Part shown: positions 54,711 through 64,000 of the stretch, piece after piece
Numbering within the stretch: the first letter of the stretch is position 1
Layout of the letters: each line of letters opens with the position of its first letter
Source of the DNA: the human T2T-CHM13v2.0 reference genome, Homo sapiens
Assembly: GCF_009914755.1 (NCBI RefSeq)
Contig: NC_060926.1
DNA: 64,000 nucleotides
Strand: one strand, 5' to 3'
Notes under the pieces: generated by a model
The model's database searches: none
What the model was told of the DNA's origin: nothing
What the model saw: the letters and a program-made list of their open reading frames with translations, nothing else
Made by a program: the position numbers and the translations under genes

Positions 54711-54952
54711 GCGGACTCTTGCCCAGGCTGCGGGCGCCGCGGCTGTCCCGGCCGCCGCGGTTCCCCGGGCCCGCGCCGCGCGCCGCGCCGCGGGCTCCGG
54801 CTTCAGGAACGGCTCGGTGGTGCCGCACCACTTCATGATGTCGCTTTACCGGAGCCTGGCCGGGAGGGCTCCGGCCGGGGCAGCCGCTGTCTCCGCCTCG
54901 GGCCATGGTCGCGCGGACACGATCACCGGCTTCACAGACCAGGCGACCCAAG
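54544..54952 (+). CDS. GDF7: GDF7 (BMP12) coding exon 1: signal peptide, poly-Gly tract, prodomain start
   Basis: MDLSAAAALCLWLLSAC... hydrophobic leader; 'VPHHFMMSLYR' and 'ADTITGF' GDF5/6/7 prodomain motifs; donor CAAG|GTACTT at 54953. Confidence 0.96.
54664..54711 (+). repeat. GDF7: Coding trinucleotide repeat GGG(GGC)14GGG = 16 Gly
   Basis: Counted directly in line 54661. Confidence 0.97.
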
Positions 54953-56849
54953 GTACTTACGCCTCTTCTGTGCCCGCCCATCCCGTCAGGTCCTGGGCTG
55001 AGACCAGCCCCGGAGCCGTGCCGCAGCTCCGTTACATTTGGAGCCGCGGCCCCATGCGGCCCACCCTCAGGTGATAGAAAGAAACTTCGCCGAGGCCAAC
55101 ACTCTCCAGCCCGCTGCACCTGGACTGTGGCGAGAGTCGCGGCAGCTCCCGGGGCCCAGTCCCAGAGGGCTGACTGGTCCCTCTCCCAGGTCTCCCTGGC
55201 CTTGCAGGCCGGCTGGTCCCCTCGAGGAGGCAGGCGGAGGCCAAGATTCGCTTCTTGGGGAATGGTCTGGAGTGGCCTCGGAGCCCTCAGAGAAGAAAGG
55301 AGGGCAAGAGCTGTGTTCCCGGGAGTCACGGCGAGAGGGACTGCACGGTGGTGAGGGTGATGGCTCCTTCCTTGCAGCAATTTCTGCAGCTCCCAGTCTC
55401 CTGCGGGCCACACAAATTGGGGGAAGCCCAGGGAAAACTAGGGCAGAGGCAGGTATCAGACTAAAGTAAATGGCCCTGGAGAGGCTGGTGGCATAACCAG
55501 GTATGAGGAGTGCCCTGCTCAGCAGGTTGGTCTGGGTGGTGGTGGTTTGTGTGTGTGTGACATGTGCAGCTATGGGTGCCTGTGTCTGGTGCTGGGCCCC
55601 TGGGAGAGCCAGAGGTCAAGGATCCTGGTGGTGTGGGGAGGAGAGGCCTGCTGGGGACCCTGCAGGAATGCAGGCCTCTCTTAGACTAAGCACCCCACCT
55701 TGTTCTGCCCTGGGCCTTCCAAAGGTAAGATGTAGGTGAGGCTGTGGTGTGGCTGCTGTATGTCATCTGGATTTTATTAATCTCCATTGAAATCATTAAA
55801 GCAGACAGATAGAGAAAATTTACCTAATTTCAGGCGGAAATGCAAGTAATTTCGGCCTTAATTCTATCCAGCCAGAGACCCAGCATGGAGGGCAGGAGGG
55901 AAAGAAAGGCGAATAGGGCTGGGAAGTGAGCGGGTGGGGCTGAGGCAGCCCTGCTTGGGAGCCACTGACAGTCAGAATACCTCAGGTCCTAGCCTGGGAA
56001 GGCAGGCAGAGGCCTTGCAAGTGACCAGGTCATCCATCCCTGCCAGCACATGCCCAGTGCCTAGCACAGACTGCCTTATTTTTGGTACCTGGAAATCTTG
56101 GTACCCAATCCCCAAATGGCCCTGTGGTTCGGTTAGAACTATCAAGCCTTCTCTGACGGCCTGACATGGCCCCTGGGCTGGATGCTGGGATACTTATAGG
56201 ACGCCCTAGTTCTGGTGCACAGGGACAGGGACTGAAGGGTCCCAGGCTGCAGGAGAAGGGGGGTGTGCTGGGCTCTAAGTGGGCACAGGCACCAGAGTCT
56301 TCTTAAGGTTGAGCTAGTTCTACCATGGTCTCAGACAGGAGATAAATCCTTTCTGGGGAGCTCAGCTTGGCTGGCTGAGCCTGAGAGGCCTCCTCTCCCT
56401 CCTCCCTCTTGGGGGAAACAGAGTGGCAGGGCTGGTGAGCAGGGAGAGGCAGAGGATCTGCAGGGAATCTCAGAGAAAGTGCTCCTCGTGCAGCCCCAGT
56501 GTGCCTCTCCGGCCTCCCTCTCCACCCTGAGTCTCAACTTGGAACAGGGCTGCTTGAGGTCCCCAGAAGCCATTGATAGGGATAGAACCGGGACCTCAGG
56601 CATGAGGGCCTGACCTTCGTGGCTGGTGAGCAAATCCCCAGTGGTGGGGGGATTCTGCATAGTCTCTCCGAGTTTAGGGGCAAAACGAAACCATATGACC
56701 CCCTTCAAAGGGAGCTCCTTATCTGCTGCGTGGTGGAATTTTAAACTTTTTTTTTTTCTGAGCCCAAAAAGGAAAAAGAAAAAAGAGTGTCCACACTGGA
56801 AATAAAACCCCTAAGCCCGAGATAAGTCACTACAGAGGGAAGAATGAGC

Positions 56850-58830
56850 CCGCGAAGGGACAGACAGGCGGCTCCTGGAAGCGAGACCTCGTTTGGGACG
56901 CTGCCCTCACTGCAGCAAGGTCATTCCGGGATGCCCCGCACCCCTCCGGGAGGTTCCTTGTGTTCCTTTACTGCCTTTCCCCCTCCTTCGGAGGCCGCGA
57001 GAGCACCGGGAGGAGGTGCATTTGGGGTTGCGATCGCGAGCAGCAGCGCCCATTGTTGCAAGACCTGAGACCTTGGGCGAGCCTGGCCCCTACCTGGGCC
57101 TCAGTTCCCCTTCGGCAGAGCGAAGTTGGACTAGAAGGTCTCTGCGGCCGTGCAGACGAATTCTCCCGGACGAATCGCCGAGCCCCAGCCTGCATGGGAG
57201 ACCGTGGCCAGCAGGGATGTCCAGGCTGGGTTGGGGGAACAGAGGTAGCAGAAGAGTTTTCAGGAGACCAGAATTTTCCGTTTTCGCACAGCCAGGACTT
57301 TCGGCTCTCTTGGGGGATCAGCAGGGCAATAACGATAAGTCTCCTTAAGGCCCAGGACCTCAGGAGGGGGTGCACGACTTCTTTTCAACCCAGCCCCGGA
57401 CTCTGATCTCGGATTCTGGCCCGCGGCTCTGGGTCAGGCCGCGGAACTATAGCAGCCTGCAGTCCTGGTCTTGGGTGTAGGGGTGCGCTCCTGGTCCCGC
57501 GGCTCAGGGATATGCAGTGACCATGGGTTGTTGGCCTGATGGGACTTTTGGCTTGCTAAACCAAAGCTCGGTTCGGATAGCCCGGGCGAAGACGTCCGCT
57601 GCTCTGGGCCAGGCTGGCAGCGTTCAGGCTGGGGCAGAGACGCGGAGTCGGGCGCTGGCTCCAACAGGCCTGGCTCCCACATCGAAGACAGCTGGGCCAT
57701 TTGCTGTTAGGAGGCCCCGCGCTGACAGTGTGCAGGATTTGCTCTTACACAGCTCTTTCTCTCTGTCCCTGCCGGTCCCCCGCAGACGAATCGGCAGCCG
57801 AAACAGGCCAGAGCTTCCTGTTCGACGTGTCCAGCCTTAACGACGCAGACGAGGTGGTGGGTGCCGAGCTGCGCGTGCTGCGCCGGGGATCTCCAGAGTC
57901 GGGCCCAGGCAGCTGGACTTCTCCGCCGTTGCTGCTGCTGTCCACGTGCCCGGGCGCCGCCCGAGCGCCACGCCTGCTGTACTCGCGGGCAGCTGAGCCC
58001 CTAGTCGGTCAGCGCTGGGAGGCGTTCGACGTGGCGGACGCCATGAGGCGCCACCGTCGTGAACCGCGCCCCCCCCGCGCGTTCTGCCTCTTGCTGCGCG
58101 CAGTGGCAGGCCCGGTGCCGAGCCCGTTGGCACTGCGGCGGCTGGGCTTCGGCTGGCCGGGCGGAGGGGGCTCTGCGGCAGAGGAGCGCGCGGTGCTAGT
58201 CGTCTCCTCCCGCACGCAGAGGAAAGAGAGCTTATTCCGGGAGATCCGCGCCCAGGCCCGCGCGCTCGGGGCCGCTCTGGCCTCAGAGCCGCTGCCCGAC
58301 CCAGGAACCGGCACCGCGTCGCCAAGGGCAGTCATTGGCGGCCGCAGACGGAGGAGGACGGCGTTGGCCGGGACGCGGACAGCGCAGGGCAGCGGCGGGG
58401 GCGCGGGCCGGGGCCACGGGCGCAGGGGCCGGAGCCGCTGCAGCCGCAAGCCGTTGCACGTGGACTTCAAGGAGCTCGGCTGGGACGACTGGATCATCGC
58501 GCCGCTGGACTACGAGGCGTACCACTGCGAGGGCCTTTGCGACTTCCCTTTGCGTTCGCACCTCGAGCCCACCAACCATGCCATCATTCAGACGCTGCTC
58601 AACTCCATGGCACCAGACGCGGCGCCGGCCTCCTGCTGTGTGCCAGCGCGCCTCAGCCCCATCAGCATCCTCTACATCGACGCCGCCAACAACGTTGTCT
58701 ACAAGCAATACGAGGACATGGTGGTGGAGGCCTGCGGCTGCAGGTAGCGCGCGGGCCGGGGAGGGGGCAGCCACGCGGCCGAGGATCCCCAGCTGATGAG
58801 CAGCAGCGGGCCACCCTGTCACCGAGCGTG
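56850..58830. promoter_or_regulatory. Intragenic CpG island over the GDF7 intron 3' part and exon 2
   Basis: High CpG density. Bounds approximate. Confidence 0.7.
57786..58747 (+). CDS. GDF7: GDF7 coding exon 2: prodomain, furin site RRRRR (58343-58357), 129-aa mature cystine-knot domain
   Basis: Pyrimidine tract + cgcag| acceptor in phase 1. Seven-Cys TGF-beta pattern (CSRK..CEGLC..CC..CGC) and '[17 protein letters not shown]'. TAG at 58745-58747. Total 1371 nt = 456 aa. Confidence 0.98.
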
Positions 58831-61800
58831 GGTGCATGTCCGATGTGACCCAGCGCCCTCTCAGAGGAGGGAGAGCACACGTTCACACTCACACACACTC
58901 GTGCAGTCACGCACACATTTACCGGGGACAGCATGTGAAAGCCTTGGGAAGAGATGACCCGCCGGTACCGAATGTCAAAGCCCTGTGTATTTTGCAAACA
59001 GATAACCATGGCGCCCACTGCCCCCATTTAGGGAGAGGAAGGTGTTTGTGCTGATGTTGCAGTTAGAGGCACGAAAATCAGGTAGCAACAACGGGTTAGG
59101 AAATTCGAAGTTCCAGAATGGGAGAACCAAAGGGGTACTCGAGCATGCTTTATCTCACCCCCTTTTGTTTCTGGCCCGATGTGGGGCATCGCTTCCCTGG
59201 GGGGCTGAGCGCCGCGTGGTGCACTCCGTGACCCACTGCAAGGCTGTAATGCCCTTCCCGAGGGTTTGTGTTGCATGGGGCCGTTTACCCTGGAACTGCT
59301 GCAAAAAGCATCTTTCTTTTTTTAACTTTTAAAATTTAACGTGCCCCTGCTTCATTTTTGAAAGGGAAGTTTTGTCTGAAAGTAGCTGTTGTGGAGCTTC
59401 CCAGATTTCTGCAAAGGTCGGTACCGCCACCACCCCCCCCCGCCTTTTTTTTTTTTTTTTTAATCAATTCCAATAGGAAATGTTATGGAAAGTGGAAAGG
59501 ATATTTTTCTTTTAAACGGCTGAGTCTGATCTAACAGGATATTGGGGTGGGATAGGATCTGCCAGGTTCGGAAGCTCCCCAGTTGGTCAGGGGGAGGTGG
59601 GAGCCATGCCTCGGGTGGCTCAGGAGGAAGTTAGTGCAATGGCCCGGAATGGGGAAGGTGGGGCTGGGGGAGGGGAGCTACTGCTTTTCCTAGAGACCTG
59701 CCAGGAGGTTTTCCTAAGAAGCCAGGGAAGAGGCTCTCAGGGCTTGAAAGGCAAGGAGGTGTCCTGGGGCCCACTCCAGCCGAGGACTCCGGCTTGCCGG
59801 CCAGGTAGGCGGAAGCTCCCGGGGCCGACTCGGGCTTGTGCTAGTTATCAAGTAAGTCGGCCTCCGCTTTTTACCTGCTTTGGCTGTGTTGTTGCTGTAG
59901 TTGTTGGCAGTGTGATAGTAACGGGAAGTGAAGCCACTCAAAAATGCTTTTGTCAGACTTCAACTCACAACCCAGACCTTTAGAGCAGGGGGAAGGTCTG
60001 CCCCTTCCCCTCATCGGCTCCCTGGCTTGGCTGCTGTGCCCTTGGAAGGGCAGGGCCTTGGTGTGGGGGAGCAGAGGTGGAATATCCCCCAGTTCCCTTA
60101 TTTGGCCCCAAAGGGTCTTATTGATGGGAGGATTTTCTAGGCATGTAAAAGTGAGTTCGAACATTCAGACTTCACTGTTTGATTTGATTTGTTTATGCCT
60201 GGGAATCCTTTGTGGCTTTTTGTCAATAGGCTGGGAGAGGGAACCTAGTTGGACTCCAGCTGTCCGGGGTGGGGGCTTCTTAGAACAGCCCCGCAGCCCT
60301 CTCGGTGCATCTGTGTGATGTTGTGTAGGACTTTCCCCTTCAGAGTCCTGGGGAGCATTATTTCCACCCTGTGTTGGATGCAGGACAATTCATACACATT
60401 TTGATTCTCAGTGATTACACTCTTGAGAGAGAGAAGACAGACTTACGATTTAGATACAGCTAATTTACTTAGGGGCCCTACCTGAATCGGTTTTCATCCT
60501 GTAAAATTCTCCCAAAAGAAAAAAAAATACACGTGTAAATTACTCTTAAAATTAAGATTCCCCCCTTCCTCCTATTATGTGAATTTATATTCTGTGGCTG
60601 TATGAGTAGCTATAAATAACCAGAACATGAACAGTCTCTTCAGGTTAAAAATTTAAAAAATATCCAAAAGTGGCTGCTCTGGTACAATTCCATCTTATTT
60701 TAGTGACTGGGCAAAGATGGTCCCTAAATTTGTGGATTTTGCCAGAGATGCCTCACTCTCGTTTTTAAAATGAAGCTTGTCATAATGAAGAATTATATAT
60801 TAAAAAAAGCACTGAAGTGTTGAAAGTTGTAGTATTAGAAGGTTTAGAAAGGAAGTTAATGACAAAGTGCAGTTAAATGTTATTTTGAAGAAGGTCTGGG
60901 GTATTTAATATCTTTGGATAAAAGCAAACATTTTGATACTTTTTTAGTGACTAGTAAAAACAATTTTTTGGGCAGAAATGTCTTGATTTAGCCTGGCCTT
61001 TTTATAGTAGGGAAAAAAACTGTCAATTTCCCCTCTTTCCTTCTGATGACCTCCTTCTAACGAGATGTGTTGTGAGTGGTGTGGGAAGTAGGTACCTTCC
61101 TGCATCTTGAGTTCAGGTGGCACCCGGTGGGAGGGGTGTTGTCCTTGGACAGTGACTGTTCCTTCCATGGCCCCATACCCTCAGTGTGCTCTTTGTTTAC
61201 TGGATAAAAGGAATGCTTCCCAGATTTCCTCTGGAGCAGGTGAAGCCCCCAGGGGCCACTCTGCCCAGCCCTCTGGCATCTCAGTCCATTCACTAGGTGA
61301 ATGCAGAGGATCCATTTCACTTGTAAAAATGACAACAAAGGGCCAACACATGTGGGGCAGACGGCTTTTTGCTGCTAAGATGTGGTTTAACTAGCATTGC
61401 CAAGGTGTGGAGAAAAGCGTTCTGCCAGCACAGTTGGTAGTAGCACCCTGAGCTCTCTGTCTTCTAGGTAGCGGGGGACAGGCCTGGGTGACTGGCATGA
61501 ACCCAGCTTCTCTGTTGCAACCCCCAGCTGGAATCTCCAGTCACCATGGATGGGAGAACTGACAGGCAGGGAGAAAGCATGTCAAGACTGTGAGGAAAGG
61601 CTGTCCCCTCAACCCCAACCTGAGGTCACCAAAGTCTCCCTCCTAAAGTAAACAGAATTTTCCATTTTGTAGGGAGAATTGTGCACTACTAGTTGACATC
61701 ACTTGAACCAGGATTTCCTGCTAGTGAGTAGGATTTGGCATCCCTACTTAGGGAGCTCGGGACAGGCCAGCTGGGGCCCAACGGGGGCTGGTGCTGGGTC

Positions 61801-64000
61801 TGTCAAACACAATGATAGCCTGGTCACTGCTGCTTGAAACCAGGGCTTTCGTATTAAGGAGGATCACCCACACTGGCAGGCGGGCATTTCCACTGATTCC
61901 CAAACACACTTGCCTTGTTGAATTCTGACTTTCCAAACAGCCGCACTGGGTCTTCCAGAGAAGGTGGCAGGCTTTGCTGTGTTAGCTTGGGGAAGCCAGG
62001 CTTGAGCTGTGCTCAGTCATTGTATCCATGCTCCCCTTCACCATACCCTCCTGGCAACGATATGAGGTGTGGATTGTGTGATAGAAGAATCCAGACTCCA
62101 CGAAGCCAAGGACAGTCACTTCTCCCTGGCAGCTCTCATGGTGTCGGCAGGAGTGGGCGCCTCACCTTGGGTACTGAAGAGAGTACCGATAATCCCGTGG
62201 ATGGAACAGGAGGGAGTGTAATTCAATCCCTACACATTGTATATGCTGTTGGCAATTTCATTTAAACTCACAGCAGAAAACAACCAGGATTTGTAGACTG
62301 ATTTTCTTCTTAGAGCAGGGAGAAAAATTACGTTCTTTCCAAGAGCAGCTCGTGCACAGATAAGGTCAGACTTTTCCTGTGCTTGAATCTGGTCTCCAGG
62401 AAATCCAGTGGCAGGAAGAGAGTGTCCTGAGGCTGCCTCTGGGGGCACAGAATCACTGGGCCTCGCTGATTCTCATGAGAACCTGTCATCTCAGTGAGAC
62501 AGGCCTCCCACTGGCCCTCAGTGGGCCATAGGCCAAGAGGTCTGAGTCAGATCGCGCAGTGAGCTGGAGGGAGCGAGGCTCTGAAAGCAGCAGTCTAGCA
62601 GAGGGAGTTTGGGCCTGCGCTTACCCCTCAGAAAGTGTCTGGATTGGGAAGGGAAGAGAGGAAGCTGCCGAGCGAACCCAGCAGCCAAACTTTGGGTGAG
62701 TGGAAAGTAACTAGATCCCTCTGGTGGATGGTATATTTGAGCTGCACCAGAGTCAGAGCCCACTGTGGGCTTCCGAGTGCCCAGAGGCAGCTGCTCCCAC
62801 AGCACGGACTGCGCCCGCCAGGGGAGGCCGCTCAGGGGCCAGGGCACCACAAGGCGTCTCCTGAGAGACGTCTGAGGCAAGTTATGGGCAGTCACCTCCC
62901 TGCTGGAGCTTCATCTTCTGCCCTGTAAAATGATGCCCTTTCCAGTTCCAAGGTTCTAGGATTTTACCTTGCCTCAAAACCCACTCAGATAGCTTGAAGG
63001 CAGAGCAAATGTGATGGCTCCTGGAGAAGGTCCTCTCCCAATCCCAGTCCCAGAGCCTCATCTTACCGGTTTCGCAGCTCTTGCCTGTGCGTGTGCATGT
63101 GTGTGCGTGTGTCCATTTTACTCCTATCCTTAATAGGTGCCTCATGGATGTGCTTTGAATTCCCCTGGGCTGAGGTAGGTGTGGGGAGGGCCCGCACCTT
63201 GAGGGTGGGGTTCAGCTCCCCAGAGCCAGGAGCTGGCTGAGGGCACTGCCCATCCAGCTGCAGTTCCTCCTGTGCTCAGTGGGGTGGGCGGAGCCACACT
63301 CAAGCTGAGACTGTCTGAGAGACCTAGTGCTGGGAAGGGCTCTACCTGCTGCTGGGGCCTCTGCAGGCAGAAGGGTAAAGGCAAGGCTGTGCCTGGTTGG
63401 TCACCCAAACGGGGGCCTGGGACTGTCCCAGAAGCCCTGGATGAGGCAGGCAGGACTGTCCCAGAATGGACTCCTTGGGTCCCCACCCCCTCCTCACCAC
63501 CATGCCCATGTCTGGCTCTGAGGTCCCCTTGCAGCTTCCCAGGGGAGTGACCCTGGGGTAGCATCAGAAGAGCTTGTCTCTCTCTTCCTTTTTGTGGTCT
63601 GGAGAAGTTAACATAAAGAAGCACCAGAAGGGAGGACCCAAAAAGATGTTTATTTCTAAGTTTTCAGACAGCTTGGCATCTTGTACCTGGAACCTCCTGA
63701 CCATGTAGGCTGCAGCACAGCTGTCTTCCTCCCTCTGTGCTGTTCTGGACTTTAATCTGTGTGCACAGCTTAGTGCGTCACAAATAGTAACTGAGTGAGG
63801 CTGTTGTGAAAGAAGCCTGTTTTTTTCAGGAGGGCCACCGTCCTAGCCTGAGGAGACACCTGGTGGACACAGACTGCAGGGAGAGGGCTGAAAGTTGGCC
63901 TAGTGAATCAGAGGGGTGACTGAGGGCCTAGAAGTTGCCGCGTGAGCTCTGATCATCATTAGGGGTGCTGTCTGCCCATGACCTGCAGGTACCCACCTTA

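Larger units (their letters stand above)
52690..55330 (+). promoter_or_regulatory. GDF7: CpG island / promoter of GDF7
   Basis: Extended CpG-rich tract spanning the upstream region and exon 1, with GC boxes. Bounds approximate. Confidence 0.85.

Noticed and set aside
53803-55413. 536-aa antisense ORF with a poly-Ala run
   Set aside because: It lies in a very GC-rich island where stop codons are rare. The poly-Ala is just the antisense GGC repeat, and no domain is recognisable.
57701-57785. ORF-track N-terminus of the 348-aa ORF
   Set aside because: This is intronic sequence including the pyrimidine tract. The exon begins at 57786.

Overview
This is human genomic DNA: it carries primate Alus, including an AluYa5, and the gene pair matches the 2p24.1 locus. 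It holds two divergently transcribed genes. HS1BP3 (- strand) has 7 coding exons from 38368 down to 6293, all GT-AG and in phase, giving a 392-aa PX-domain protein with a poly(A) signal at 5142-5147. GDF7 (+ strand) has 2 coding exons, 54544-54952 and 57786-58747, giving a 456-aa TGF-beta/BMP precursor. The rest is intron, intergenic or UTR sequence with Alu, MIR, L1, L2, LTR and MER5/MER58 relics and three CpG islands. I found no prokaryote-type system and cannot support a new multi-gene system. The most notable unexplained structures are: (1) a ~107-bp inverted duplication straddling the HS1BP3 poly(A) site; (2) a 43-bp inverted templated insertion inside an Alu, copied from beside the neighbouring inverted Alu; (3) a 16-Gly GGC tract in GDF7, longer than the 10 Gly I recall for the 450-aa reference protein; (4) an out-of-frame uORF overlapping the GDF7 start; (5) divergent CTCF motifs at the two promoters; (6) a candidate alternative last exon in HS1BP3 intron 6. 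Repeat subfamily names and reference-allele comparisons come from memory and need database confirmation.
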